DNA from: Kondoa subrosea
Lineage: Eukaryota
Length of the DNA stretch: 64,000 nt
NCBI GenBank assembly: GCA_039545335.1
Contig: BCIN01000001.1
Coordinates: 674,208 to 738,207 of the forward strand
Direction: 5' to 3'
Shown here: in pieces, positions 13,605 through 30,848 of the stretch
How the letters are laid out: each line of letters starts with the position of its first letter
How positions within the stretch are numbered: the stretch's first letter is position 1
Translations under genes and position numbers: made by a program
The notes under the pieces: model-generated
The model's input: the letters and a program-made list of their open reading frames with translations, nothing else
Databases searched by the model: none
What the model was told of the DNA's origin: nothing

Positions 13605-15840
13605 GTGGACTCGTACAAACCGATGGCATCTTCTGTTGTCCCATCTTTCTCGTCCAGTCGATGTATTCTCTCCTTATTCAAGCAACAACGCAACATGGCT
13701 GACTCCAGCATTCACACTCATTTAACAATCCCACCTTCCGACCTGAATTCGAGCTTCGGTGGACTCACTTCTATCTCTCGCTCTCCGCTCAATGAAACCG
13801 CGGAGATCAACAGTTCAAGTGCACCTTCACATTTGCTCTCTCAGCTACCGTCGGCATCCTCGACAGGACTGGCCAGCAATATCGATAAACGTTTTCAAGC
13901 TGTTCAGCTTTGCTCAGAAGAGAGTCTCTTATCACTAGAACAAGAACGATCTTATCGCCGATCCTCTTTGAACGAAAAACAATCAAACACAGAACTCTCA
14001 TCAATAATTCAACCCACTACAGCTTTTACGTACAATACTGGCTATGAAGATCTATCAACAAGGAATTCTTTTCGCTCCGAAACTTCTACAAGTGATTCTT
14101 TACCTTCTTATCATTTTCCTTCTAGAAGTCCGCGGTATTTTGATGAGAAAGCTATACCAGCTGGTAAACGCAGACACTGGAGAAGATGGATGTGGTTGGC
14201 TATACTACTCCTGATATGCGGTATCGCAGGAATAGTGATCATCGTTTTGAAAGTTGGTCCATCGAAGGTATCCTCTGCTCATTCATCGCCCAGCAAAGAT
14301 GAAGATATACAAACTACTACTTTAATCGTCACTGGCACAAATGAACAAGGTCAGGTTGCTACGAGTATGCAAGTCAGGACTATCACAAGTTTGGCTAGTA
14401 CAGCTGCTCCTACTCGAATATCAGCATCAAAGATTGGCTCATCGCCAACAGCTGCAACTACATCTTCTTCCAAGTCAACCGCTAGTACCTCACAGGATGA
14501 TTACAAGCCTTTCTATGGGTTGGTCAGTCAGCAAACAACCAAACAGGTCAGAGGCTGACTCTCTGGTTTGTAAGGCCTATCAACCGTAAGACTCTAGATA
14601 CGATTACTCTCTATCTCTTCTAAAATGTTCAACAGGCGAAGAGAAAAGGACTGCGATGCGTCTCCTTCGAATCAGACTGTCCAGAACGAGATCAAGGCTA
14701 TTGCGAACTGTAGATCCATTGATATTTGCTATATGCTTCAGCTGATATATTGTGCGTCCCTACAGTGACTACTCGTATCCGGCTCGTCAACAGCCCTTGC
14801 GATCACAAGACGCCGGTTGCCAATCTCGGTCTAGTAATTCAAGCGATCGCCGCACTTGGCTTGTAAGTTCCTGTATATACTAGTGACCTCCTAGTTGACA
14901 ATAGTTCTCTTAGGCAAGAACAGCTTGAAATCTGGTATACCGTAGCAACGGATGCGAATGGAGCTCAGTACGATGATGCAACTTATCAAAACAATAAAGG
15001 CCTTGTCGTGAGCTCTCATATCATGCTTACAAGATAAGAGCTCAAATAAAACTCAGTCATACTATCTCAAAGTACGGCTTGTAAAGTTCAACACAGTAAA
15101 GCTCAATGTTTTGTAGAACTATCCAAACTCTATCGCACGTCTGATCGCTTCGCCGTACGCTTTGTCAGCAGACTCCAGCGTCAAGGATCAAGTCATTACT
15201 ACTATCAAAGACTTACAAGCGACTTTCGGACTACCTGTGTCAGTGAGAAGCCTCTTTGCAGGAGCCGTGACTGAAGCGTTATACAGTGGGAATCTCGATA
15301 ACGATCAAGGACTGAACGTAAGTCATTCGAAATTCGATTCAGGTCATACTCTCATACCTATTTTAGGATGATGTTGCTAGAGCTGGAGATTTCTACATGT
15401 CCGCACCCGGTGCCTTGCTAGATCTTCAATCTGCTCCTCCAACTTCCACATCATTCATCAGCAGTCTAAAGAACCAAGTGCAAGCCAAAGTACCTTCAGC
15501 GAAAGATTTCTTCATCGGAGAATTAGGGTGAGCTTCGACATGTCTCGCATACCTCACGTTTTTACCATCGATTATGTTTAGCTGGCCTACTTCTTCGACT
15601 GACGGAAACTCTACCCAAGCATCCCCTGCAAATGCTCAGACATTCATCAACAATATGCTGTGTCCTACTCAGAATCTGAAAGTCTTTGTGAGTCTTTCTT
15701 CTGCCGTTCTACAATTCACACGCTCACTAAACATTCAGTGGTATTCCGCTTTCGATGAACCTCGCGTAGACTATATCTCGCCGGTGCAACCATACTATGG
15801 CATAATCGGCAAGAGCTTCGATTTCCCTCAATGCGGATGA
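13605..15840 (+). CDS. Type II membrane protein with a C-terminal glycoside hydrolase family 17-like domain; start uncertain
   Basis: Ser-rich cytosolic N-terminus, single TM (WMWLAILLLICGIAGIVIIVL), Ser/Thr stalk, then many small exons with TRIRL, IGELGWPT and WYSAFDEP motifs. Confidence 0.6.
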
Positions 15841-16003
15841 AAAAGAAGAGTCTCGTAGGTGTACAATGCAATGGAATATCATGTTGAAAGTATATACAAC
15901 GAAAGTGTGCGAGACAGAAGCACCAAGGTTACTAAGCTTTGATATACCATGAAAAAGAAATGAATGCACAGCATAATGTTGGAGTGTTGGACTTCTCGGT
16001 GGT

Positions 16004-18229
16004 TCAGTCCAACTCAACTACATTGGAACGACAGTCACAACGGTAAGCAAGACAAGAGCTAAGAACTTACTAGGTTTCGATTGACTACCCAAGCCTTTCT
16101 TGAATTTGGGTAAGGCGACTTCCTTGCCTTTTCCCTTGTCTTTCTTCGGACTGCAAGTTTCTTGACATTCAACATCAAAGTATATCAAGTTTGCGACTAC
16201 CCACCTGCCACTGCCTGATGCAACCGGAGGTTGACCGTAGTACGATCGAACACGATTCTGCTCAGCTCTCTTTCGCACGATCTCTTCCTCGTCCGTATCG
16301 GACTCGTCCTGTGCCTTCTTTCTCTTCTTTGCTGAAGAGCTAGCAGAAGGTGATTTTGATTTCGAAGGACCGGCTGAAGATGAGGTCTTGTTCTTCTTGC
16401 TACCGTTACCGCCAGAGTCTTTCAGCAGATCCAGAGCATTCACTTTAGGGGCGCTAGACTTCTTGCTACTCGTGTCAGGTTCATCCCTAGATTTCGAAGT
16501 TGAAGCAGTCTTGCTTGATTTCCCCTTTGACCCTTTCAGATCAGCAAGCATTTCTTCCTTTTCATCATGCAAGATCTTCTTCTCTGATGAGCCCATGGGT
16601 TCAGATTCTGAATCACTAGCCAATTCATCCACTTCTTCGTCTCCAGTAGATGACACAATGTCATTGAGGTCATCCTAAGCAAATGTATGCGTGAGATCGC
16701 TCAGATCATCTTATAGAGTAGTATCAAACCTCTGCCCATTCCTGCCAAAAGTCGTTTCAGAACTTTTGCGCAAAGTAACGGGCACAAAGTTTCAAAAAAT
16801 ATAAAAGCTCACCTCAAGATCATCAGCCCAGGCTTCTAATTGAGCAAGCTGCTTCGCTTCGTTCTCATTCTCTTCATAGTCATCGTCTTCTGGCTCGTCG
16901 CTATCTTCAGCTTTTGCGTTGGATTGCTTTGCTTCTTTTTTCGCAGCTTGAAGCCGTTTTTCAGCAGCTTCTGCTCTTGCTTCTTTAGCGCTCTTTGAGT
17001 TTGCTCTCTTACGGTAGGTTGAATCTTCAGGATCATGAGATAAAACATTGCCTTCGCCGACTTCTGTGAAAGCTGAAGCTGATTTGACCCGCTGACCGGC
17101 TTTTGGACCTTTACGGAGATTCTTGACTGCGCCACCAGCCGAGCCTTGAAAACCAACAACAAATTTAAGCGATGATCTTTGATACAAAGCAATGCAACAC
17201 ACCTGGTTTCACCACTTGAAACAATTTCTGACGTCTGTGAGTTCTACGATAGACTCCTTTCTTCTTTTTCTTGTTCGCACCACCACAAAGAGTTTCGGGC
17301 AAGCCTCTATCTCAGACAGATAAGGTCTGATATAGCGAAAAACGAAACTTATACGGACCGCGTTTCTTGATCAGTCAAAGCGTTTGCCATTAGGCCACTT
17401 TGCATAATTCTACCGGCGGACCAAAACCCATCTCCAAAGTAGCCTTTGGCTTGTAAAGCTTTGCATTCGTTTCGCAGAGTCGTGTTGAGTTTCTGAAATC
17501 CAGCAAGGTCTGCGACGCTCCTTCAGCCCTCGATATAGCAGGTCAATGGAGTAGCATACGATTCATGCTGTATATGAACCAAGACGTCAAGCTCGAAATA
17601 GAGCTATAACGCAACGACCACGTACTGCATAATATGAGCCAGCTCATGTGCCACTGCCGCAGCACATTTAATCCAGCTCCCAGTGCTTCTGGGTATAAAA
17701 ACTTACTAACGTAGCAAAGAAATGCCATAGGTTGACTGCCAAATAAGTCTCAACCTCAGCTGTTCATATCTGCAGCAGTGATCAATAAGAGCTCACAATT
17801 CGCCATTCTTTCTGCGTAGAACAATTTCCACTACCTCACCAGCGCTATATCATACTTTTAGTCAGCTCAATCTTCTTCAATTCTGCTTATAACATGTACT
17901 CACTTCCAGTTTCGGCCAGCGAACTCTGGATTCCAAGCTGCTTCTTCTAAAGAATTGACCTGCAATTTATGGTTATCGCAAATAGGTTTGAACTGAGCAG
18001 CCAGAGCCCTTAAGATCTTGAGCGCTTCATCTGAATCATCGTAATCCTTTAAGACCGCTGGATTTCAAGTACTTTAGGCAAGCAAAGAGGACTTGTTGGA
18101 GGTTGACGCACAGATGAAAGTGATCCGCGGATTAGGGCTGTAGGGCATTAGGCTTGATCATTAGTAGAAGACAGATGCTATAGGCGCTCACTCTGCCTCC
18201 TTCGCGTTGATCTTCTTGTGCATGGGCAT
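16004..18229 (-). CDS. WLM-domain (Wss1-like) zinc metalloprotease; 3' end approximate
   Basis: Spliced reading gives NPNPRITFI, WNPEFAGRNW, HELAHI (HExxH), GYFGDGFWSAG and AEAAEKRL, followed by a low-complexity tail. Confidence 0.75.
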
Positions 18230-18339
18230 CTTGCAAACGTCTGCTGGAGCAAGAAGAGTCCCTGCGAGCAGTCGAGCAAGACCAAGCTTCCGTTTCAGCG
18301 AGATTATTACGCTGTTGACACGAAACAGCCAAATTAGAA

Positions 18340-18818
18340 ATGGAAGAAGGAGATCTAGGCAATCCACCAGCAGCAGAAGCAGAAGAACAAGAGCAGCCTA
18401 ACGAGGAGACGGTTGCTTTGAAACAGGCTGCGATCAAGTAAGCACACAGAGAGATGACCGTATCAAGTCAACACAGCACTGACTTCAAAACCTAGGGATA
18501 TTCTCACGCTGCAAGATGGTCTGAAAGGTAAGTAGCTGTCTACAATCCATCTGATGTAAGCTGAAGTCGCGAATTAGCTTTACTGGAGAAAGTGGACTCG
18601 ACAGATGCTGAATGCACGAAATTGAATTGTGAGTTATCTTTCGCGTGCTCCTGATGTAACCCGCTGATACCTTGCGTCAGCGCATAACGAGACTATGTCG
18701 CTTTACATTGACAATCTGACGCGAAACAAGTTTGTCTCTCTTCACCTCTTCATCAGTCTTCGGGCATCTCACATTTACGCTACTCATCAGGCTACTTTTC
18801 GCCGGCAGTCCGCGATAG
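18340..18818 (+). CDS. Short coiled-coil protein, SCOC/Slo1-like (not in the ORF track; five small exons)
   Basis: Manual splicing at GT-AG sites gives MEEGDLG...LKQAAIKDILTLQDGLKALLEKVDSTDAECTKLNSHNETMSLYIDNLTRNKLLFAGSPR*. Confidence 0.7.
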
Positions 18819-19057
18819 TCATTAAATGAACGGAGTCAAAAGAGAAACAACATTTCTATATACTGCATTGTAAATTCCACTTTTGTAAAAATAAAAGCAC
18901 AACCCAATTGGTTATCCCATTGTAAAAGACAAACCCGCACAAACTTGCTTTGACATACCCCTTCGTTACTTGGTGCTACAAAATAGTACCCGAATCAGAT
19001 GGAAAGAGACTTCTCTGAAGATCTCTCAGTCGCTTCTCTCTCGGGACATCGCTGCTT

Positions 19058-22000
19058 CTATTGCATAGGCTGTTGCTGCTGTGGAAGCGCACTTAGCGTG
19101 AACAGACTGTTCTGTTGATACTGTCCAGGTTCAGATGGGAAAGCTTGAGCCTGAACCTGCTGCTGCTGCTGATTTTGCATTTGTGCTTGAGTGCTCTGAA
19201 TTTGATGAGCTTGCAAGAGTTGATTTTGCAAATTCTGCTGTTGCTGTTGCTGCATTTGTTCTTGTTGCGAAACGACTGGAGTTTGCATTAGTGCTTGTTG
19301 ATCCTGTTGCATGAAATTCTGCTGTAAAGCGAAATTAACTTGCGCTTCCTGTTGTTTAGCTTGCAGAGCTTCTTGTTGCAATTGGAACTGATTCTGGGCT
19401 TGTTGCATAAGTTGAAGTTGTCTTTGTTCATTGACTAGCCGCTGTTCATTTGCTTGTTGCAGCTGAATTTGCTCGTTGTGCAAGCGCTGAGCATTTTGCA
19501 AGTGTTCATCTTGTGGTGTACTAGACTCTGAGCGTGCTAGTTCAGTTGCTCGACGTCGTAGCTCATTGACGTAGGCCACATCTTGTGAGGTACTGAAATC
19601 AAGACGTTCGTGCAAGAATCGGTAGACTGTTTCTAGAGCTTGTTCCAGGGCACTGACGGAGACGCCCTCTTGTGTCTGATTGGACATGCTGTAAGCTGGA
19701 GTGGAAGGGACAGGCGCGGGAGGAGGTGGCATGGAAGAGGTCGCAGGTAGAGAGGAGTAGATCGAGGCACTTTGGGAATCTGAACCATACATATCCATCT
19801 CTGGCGGTTGAGGTGTCTTCGCGAAACGCTCTATTGGTTGATTGAAGCTCGCAGCAAAAGCAGACGCGAAAGGAGGATTGGACTCTTCGTAAAGCGCAAT
19901 GGATGGACTAGCCATCGACAAGCCAGATAGACCGGAAAAGAAAAGGGTGTTGGGAGTGTTCGGCTCAATCCCGAGTGATGGACTGTAGATGGACGAAGCT
20001 CGTGAGTGAGAGCGACTGGGAGTGGAGTAGATGCTATCAGCGTGGTCAGTGTCGAAAGGAGAGGGTTGTTGAGCGCTTGAAACGGAGCTGGTGGAATTTG
20101 CGCGGAATCGATGTGTTGTGCCGAAAGAAGGACCGCTCGGTGGTCGACTTTGTTCAAAGCCGCTATCCAGCACACTGTCGGTCGACAAAGCTGGACTGGG
20201 AAGAGGTAAGGGTAAGAGTTCACTTGGTGGAGCTAGAGATGCTGCAGAATAAGAAGCTGCAGAGTAAGGCGCAATCCAGCCATGCTTGATTCCGGCTCGA
20301 GCTTTGAATTTTGTGAGCCATGAATCACTGCACTTGAACTGGTCAGTTGTGAGACCGCAGGAAACAGCTACTCTTTTGGCCTCTTTGCGTAGACTCGGAT
20401 CATCGATAGGTTTACCTCCAATGTTGAGGTTGCGAGCCCACGCGATCAATGGTGCTTCGATTTGAGGAAAGCGAGAACTAGCTCGTTGAGGTTTGGGTCG
20501 AGGTCCTTTAACAACGGGTGCTGCAGGTTGAGGAAGAGAAAGTGCTAGAGGTGGTGGTGAAGGACGACGCAGAGCGGGCAAGAGAGGTGTGGGAAGCAGA
20601 GCAAAAGCGTTTGGCACTTCCTCGCCTGGTTCGGGTATGGCGAGCCATTTTTCTCTGTCTTTTAGAGTTTTGGAAATAGTCGTTCGCTCCACTCCGCTGC
20701 ACAATCTGTTAATTAAGAAATAGGCTGCTGACAAAACCGCTCACAAAAGAGCACCAACGTGTTCTTGATTTTCGTTAGGATTGTCTCGAGTGTATTCACA
20801 AATCCGTTTTCGATCCAGTTGACTCAGCTTTGCGCCTCTTCTAATACTCGCGGGATTCGAAGGGGAGGTAGTGTGAGATTGAGAAGGACTAGTCCGGCTT
20901 CGTGAGCTTTTAAGCAGAGACCCCACAGCCGAACCGATGGAAGATCGCAAAGTGTGATGACGAGACTGCTGACCCGACACCGGGGCAGGAATAGTTGCTA
21001 TCGAAGCTACTGGACTTGATGAAGCTGAAGGCATTGGCGAATGAAAGTGAGCAGGAAAAGCTGCTGTGATTGGTGAAATTGAGGTTTCGCTTGAGAAAGC
21101 ACTTGTTGCGACAGCAGATGTTGGAGGAGATTCGATCCACGAAGAAGGGCTGGAAGGAGTGGATACACCTGATTTATTGCGCAGACTATTTGAAGATCGT
21201 GATTTGTTTAAGCCAGATCTGGTCGGATATTTCTGCGTATTTACCGAAATACTGGAAACGGAAGAGTGCGGCATAGATGGAGATGATTGAGCACTTCTGA
21301 TCTGAGGTATGGTCGAGCCGCCGTTTTGCCCACCAGCGGGAAAAGAGGATGTGTAATCTTCAGCGAAATGTAACAGCTGATTTTGACTCTGCGACCTGGA
21401 CTCTGCTCGAAGATGAGCTGAAGTGGAAGCAAAGGAGCTGGCGGAGCCAGTTGAAGTTGTATTGCTTGACTGCCCTGAATCGGAGCGATTTTCATCCAGC
21501 AACCCCCGATCACCAGAGAACCGTATACCAGAGAAGGTTGTAGGACCTTGATGCATAGATGTGTTAATAGGATGTTGCTCAGACCAGTTTGGGCGAGTTT
21601 TGACCTGAGGCAGATTGACATATAGGGAACTGGTCTGAACAGGATAAAGAGAAGGGCGATTCTATCAGTCACTACATAAGACGCTAGGATAGACTCTGAA
21701 GAGTGACTTTTAACCTACCTGTTCTAGCTTTGGACGTCCCTTGCGACTGCCGATGCCCTTGGCTCGATTTGCTTCAACCTGTTGAGGGATATTATGCGCT
21801 GCTAGAATATCCTCTAAGCGCTCCATGCTTGCTGAAGGATAACTGGTCTGTTGCAGAGGTTGCATAGTCTGATCTGAGAAAATGCTCGAAGATTGCTGAG
21901 ATCCGCCAGACCCGCTGGCCATAGGTGTGTTCAGACCGGCAGAAGGCAAAGAAAACTGATTCAATGTCTGCGTGCTGCTATCGTCCATTTGAGAGGCATC

Positions 22001-22081
22001 TTGCGGGTTGAGCCAGGCCTGGTCTTCAGATTGTCCGAATTTGGAAGCAGCTTGATGATGGGATTGCGCATGAAAGGACAT
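19058..22081 (-). CDS. CENP-B/Tc5-type tandem HTH DNA-binding protein with Ser-rich and Gln-rich regions, no DDE domain seen
   Basis: LSQLDRKRICEY...GVERTTISKTLK (HTH1) and FPQIEAPLIAW...FKCSDSWLTKFKARAGI (HTH_Tnp_Tc5-like); introns present; polyQ C-terminus. Confidence 0.8.
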
Positions 22082-22681
22082 GCTACAGCCATATCAGAGG
22101 ATGCACTTGAGCGATAGGCTGAAAGAGCGGTCACCCACACAAAGCGAAACCATTGACCAATGGGCTCTCCAACAGCGCGCAAATTAAATTAAGCCTAAGC
22201 TAAGTTCTGGCGAACAGACTACAGGCGCTCCTTCTTCTGCTCTTTGACGGTTTCTTTGCCCTGATAGACAGTATAGGACACAATGTAACAGCACGGTGTA
22301 AAGCTGTTGCGAAGGTTTCTTCTCTTCAAATGAGATTTTCCGCAGTACAGGCTGTGTACAGGCTAAAGCGAAGTGACGACGCTGTCTCCTTGACGACGGT
22401 CGACTTAATTGGTTGCTTGCTCAGCACATCTTTGAGTGTATACCGTGGACTTGAACTAACGAACTAGATTTAGACGGGGATTTTGTCCGCGAGATAAATT
22501 TCTGTCTCTGTAGTACCTGATCGCCGCTGTGATACATGTGTTATCAGAAAAGCTATAGTACATCATCCCAGACCCAGTCATCTAGTCCGTAAAGTTGTCA
22601 TCTTTGCCATACCGCATTTATAGTTCACCGTTGATTTCATGTGCATGGTCAATCGCCGCTTCCAGATCCCGACTATCACTG

Positions 22682-24241
22682 TCATTCCTTCTTGAAAAAG
22701 CTGTCGAGCGCCTCATTCTTTGCTGCCTTAGCAAGACTGGCATCCCCTTTGATCATCACTTTGCGTTTCTTACCTGGACTCGTAGTCGAGGTGTCTTCTG
22801 CTTTGATAGAAGAGGGTGAAAGCGGCAGAGGAGCATTCGTCTCTTCATTCCCAACCTCTTTCGCGTCAACTTGTGTCGGTGTGATCTCTCTTGTAGCGGA
22901 TGGTGAAGAACTGCGTTTGCGCTTTGCAGAAGTTGATGTTGCAGGCGCTGCCTCCAGCTTGGCCGGCTCTTCTTTCTTAACACCCTCTTCCTTTTTGGGA
23001 GTCTCCTTCTTTGCTGGAGATTTGGCTGGAGATTTACCAAAGAAAGAAGCGATACCGCCTTTTCGTTCGCTTAATGGTCTGACAAACTCATTTGAGTTAT
23101 TCTTCACGTTGCCTACTTCATTAGGAACTGGGTAACATTCAAGTCTCCCTTCGTAAGGTTTCATTAGTGCTGAGAGAGTGGAAGGAAAGCCTTCTTGCGA
23201 AACATCGAGCCATTTCGCAATATCTTGAGGGTTGTCAAGAATTACTGGCATTCGCTGTGCACACATTGTCATCAGTGATCTTCTGCAACAGCTAGCTTAT
23301 ACTCACATCATGGAGGAAACTTAGTTGCTTATTCACATCTGTTGTAATGATCGTGAATGTATGCAATGGCAGCTCCTCATCCTCAAAGCTAGGCTGTATT
23401 TCAGCCTTGTAATATATTTTTTAGTCAAGGAAAGCATACTGAACAGAATCCCATAGACCTGACCGGATGATCAGTATGGCTTCAAATTGTACAGCAATCT
23501 CCTTACCAGCTAGAGGCATCAAGCGTCCATTCTTTAGTTTCGTGAAATGAGGTAGCTTAGAGTTGCCCTTCTTGAGCCATTCATAGAAGCTTGAAATGCG
23601 AGATTCCAGAAGGAAAGATAGTGACAGTATAAGTGGACTAACCCTTCGACAAAGATCACGCAGCGCTTCTTCCCCTTGATGGAGTTCCACATGCCTGATC
23701 CGCTATTGATAGTGTCATCGCGAGCGTTGATCGTCTTGAGCTGACTGCTATATTCTGGCTTTGTCTTGTAGAAATGCGGAATAAGGCCCCAAACTACATA
23801 GATCCTATCCTGAGCGCTGTGGAGTGCTGCTCAAATAAGAGCGCTTACCCATGCTTTCCAATTGAGGTTTAGCTAGAGAGCCTTCGTATTCCTCGAGCTG
23901 TCTCAACACAGGAACTCTCGTACGTGGTGCTACATTGTAATTCTTGATTCGATAACCATGCTGACGTTCACCCAGCTGCTTGGAAGTGCTAGATGACGGT
24001 GTCGACGTTTCTGTCTCTTCTCGCTCTGGTGCCAGATTGGAATCGTCCCAGCCGTTCGTTTCAGGTGCATAATGCTGGCGAACCTTTGGGAGAAGTACGT
24101 TTGAGTGATCGCTTTCATGATAAAGCCTGGACCGACTTCTTCGAGCAATTCATCGGCGCTGCGGAAATCTAGCTTGAGCTTGCTTGAGTGCTCGGGGAGC
24201 AAAGCTACCTACTTCAGACTGAGAGCGAAGCGGCCGCACAT
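22682..24241 (-). CDS. SRAP-domain abasic-site protein (HMCES/YedK family)
   Basis: Starts MCGRFA (catalytic Cys2); YNVAPR, WGLIP, TINARDD, FYEW, HDRMPVIL, YPVPNEVGNV. Confidence 0.9.
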
Positions 24242-24370
24242 ACTGGAACACTCGGACAACGAAGTACACGAAGATACTAGATAGAGGTCGCGATATGCGA
24301 AGAAAAACAATCAATGACGATGATATTTGCAGATGAAGATATACAGTGTAATACAAAGCGGTATACAAGG

Positions 24371-27679
<3,309 letters not shown>

Positions 27680-27779
27680 TTCTTCGAGCTAAGACGATGA
27701 CGGTTTGCGAAAGAGCTCTCTTCATTCAAAACGATCTCTTGTCGTTGACTCTGGCTGTTTGGCCTTATCGCTGCGTCAT

Positions 27780-29095
27780 ATGTCTGTGGCCAATGGTAGT
27801 CGTGTCAAAGTGAGTGTTGTCCAGTGTGGCTCCTCATTTGGAGATGTGTCCAAGGTTTGCGATGCATTAATCAGCATGATTGTTATCGCTCAGGTCTGTC
27901 TACAAAGTGTCTAGATCGTCTCGATCAATACGTACACGAAGTCGCTTCCCAAGGATCTAAGCTTGCTGTGTTTCCCGAAGCCTAGTCTGTTGCTTTGTCT
28001 ACCTTCTTCCACGCTTGCAGCTCTGAGCAATCCTTTCCTTCATATTCGTCTTATCAGTCTCGGAGGCTATCCCAAAAACTCAACTTTCGGTTGCTCTGTA
28101 GGAGCTCGAGAAGCGAAAGGCAGAGATGAATACCTCAATTATCATCGAGGAGCGATCTCACTTTCCCCAATTGGCGCTACACCTGAACTTGATCGCCTCG
28201 TAGCTATAAGTAAAGAAACAGGCGTCTTTCTCGTTGTGGGTGTCATTGAGCAAGATGGAGGCAGTCTGTTCTGTACTGCTGTTTTCATTCATCCAAATAA
28301 GGGTTTTGTTGGCAAACATCGCAAGCTTATGCCTAGTATGGTATACAATAAAACTTCCTGTGCCATTATCTAAGTTCTGTCTAGCTGCTGCGGAACGACT
28401 GATATGGTCCTTCGGTGACGAATCGACAATTTCAGCTATCGAATCTGACATTCTGCCTGGAGTTTCAACTAAAGCGACTGCAACTATATGCTGGTAGGTC
28501 ATTCCACACCTATTTCACTGGTTTACTCACACAATCTCCAGGGAGAACTACTCGCCTCTGCTTCGACAACATTACTACAACCAGGGTACAGCTTTGTATT
28601 GCGTGCCAACAGTAGATGCTCGTCCTACCTTTGTGAGCCTTTTCATATCGCTTTCGTAGATTGCTAGCTGAAGAGAAGTAGGAAATCACGATGAGACATA
28701 TCGCTGTTGAAGGCAGATGCTTTGTGCTTTCCGCTTGTCAATATGCAACAAAAAGCCATTACCCAAAGGATCATGCTGCTCAAGCAATGGACGGAGATGA
28801 AGTTATTGGCGGAGGAAGTATTATCGTGTCTGTGAGTGCCCTCGATTTCATCGCTTAACGCTTGCTAAAATGCTCTATAGCCACTCGGTGAGGTTCTTGC
28901 TGGACCTCTGCGGGGCAAAGAAGGCAAGCTTATCGTTTGTTGCGATAAACTGGTGCTGATCTATGTATTCAAGGCGTGCTTACTGCGGAGATCGATCTTG
29001 ACGATATACTTCGAGGCAACCTTGACCTAGATGTTGCTGCACCCGGTCATTATAGCTTATCTCACATCTTCCAGAGCGGTCTCAAGGGTCATTGA
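27780..29095 (+). CDS. Nitrilase (carbon-nitrogen hydrolase), multi-exon
   Basis: Catalytic-triad motifs FPE, KHRKLMP and ICWENY are recovered across exons; HIAVEGRCFVLSACQ. One intron (28924-28973) is GC-AG. Confidence 0.88.
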
Positions 29096-29193
29096 AGCTG
29101 TACTATAGATATGTAGTGATTCTTTGAATACAGCTGCTTTGTAATATCTAACTCGAAGTGCGTCCCATCTACACTCGTGCCGACAATGCGTCA

Positions 29194-30311
29194 TTATCAC
29201 ATAGCATGTCAATCTTCAGCTATGCTAGGAACAGGGCGATTCATCAGTTTCCTCACATGCTCGCGCCCATTGAAGCCAATTCGGGGACCCTGTCCAATCC
29301 AGTCGTCGCAGCACATTGACAGCAGACCATCGTGTCTTCCTTTAGAGCTTTTCGGCTGACCATCTGAACAAGAAAAATCGCTGAGGCAATGCAAGATCGT
29401 GATTATAAGTACAACTTACGATCGCTTGCTTCGCCCGGCAAGTCGATACCGATTTTATGAAAACGCAACGTTTGCGAATAGCGGACGATACCCTCAAAAT
29501 GCATGCCCATTCTCAAACCACAATGTTCGGAAGCGATATTAAGTGCTGTATCATAACAGCAGTTGTTGAACGCGGCGGTTATAGGGATACTGAGGTTACT
29601 GACTGTTATACCTGATAGTACATCAGTAATCTGCTGTGAATGTAACAAAGCAGTGACATACATGTAGCAGCACCTTCGAAAGCCGAGGCAGCCCTCATTT
29701 GGGCTACCCAAGGCATACTGGAGTAGGAGTCCGATAGCATGTGTTGCAACATGAGTTCTCTGGTACTCTATTCGTTGTCAGCCCGGTTGGAAGCGCCATG
29801 TTGAGAGAAACTTCTACTTTTGAAGACGAGAACCGGGCCAATCTCGATTTTCAAATCTCTGGCATCAAGGAATCCGGTCATGCCGGCAATTCGCTTACTA
29901 CCAGAAATTGAGAGATCGTAGATCACATATAGTATATTACTCGGTTCCGCTCGACTAGTTTCGATCAAGGTAAGAAAGTGGGTCAGCGATCGCAACGGCC
30001 ATAGGTGAAGTATTTGAAGAGATCTTCATTCTCTGGCAGACAAAAAGTATCGTAAAGATCTATGGCGTGTAGCGATGGCTATTGAAAAGTTCAGTCAGCC
30101 GTCTGCAAAACTGTATCGGCCTTGTCACACTGACTATCAAGGGCTCCAATACGATCGCATCAGCCATCGAGACATCAGACTGAAGCGTCGAGCGGCGCAG
30201 ATTTCGGACTGGTATAGTACAATTTAGATCGTATGCGGAAACGGGCGTATCAATCTGATAGTCTTGCTCGAGAAGCGAGGGTGGAGCAGAGTATTGATTC
30301 AAGTAGGTCAT
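29194..30311 (-). CDS. GNAT (RimJ/RimL-like) acetyltransferase; boundaries approximate
   Basis: AIVLEPL, LFKYFTYGP, IAGMTGFL..EIGPVL, THVATHAIGLL, LGFRRC, MGMHFEGIVR. Confidence 0.7.
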
Positions 30312-30848
30312 GGCTTCGCGTAAGAGCAAAGCAGAGCAAGAGACCAGAAAAGAATCAAGGCAGCAGTCCAGTCACGCACAGCACAAAAGACCCGTTCACA
30401 GAATCCACAGCATTAGAGGCATCTTAAACGCAGATGTATTGGCACAGCTCAGCACTGGGAGCTTATTATAACCCCATAGAAGGGCTGATCTATTCGCTGA
30501 GGAAAACGATGAGCAACGCGTGCTTACTTGAGTCGCTGTGCTTGTAGGACTTGGTTGACTCGTGCGACATGGTAGTATCCGCGCAAGAGCTTCAAGACGC
30601 GCCCTGCAGGCTGCTATTTTACTTGCGCCAATCTCAGAAATGCCAGTCACTCTCTTGACCTGCAACAGTGATCTTTTCTCTTGAAGAAATCGCGCGCACG
30701 CAATGCTGCACCCGCATTCATTTCCAGACCTGTTCCGGTCTTTAGCTTTGCATGATTTATTGACTAATTTCGAAATGAACCTGGCTCCTTTTCCCCTTTG
30801 CTTGCTCGTTTCCTCTTCCCATTTCTTCATATATCGCGTCGTACTATC

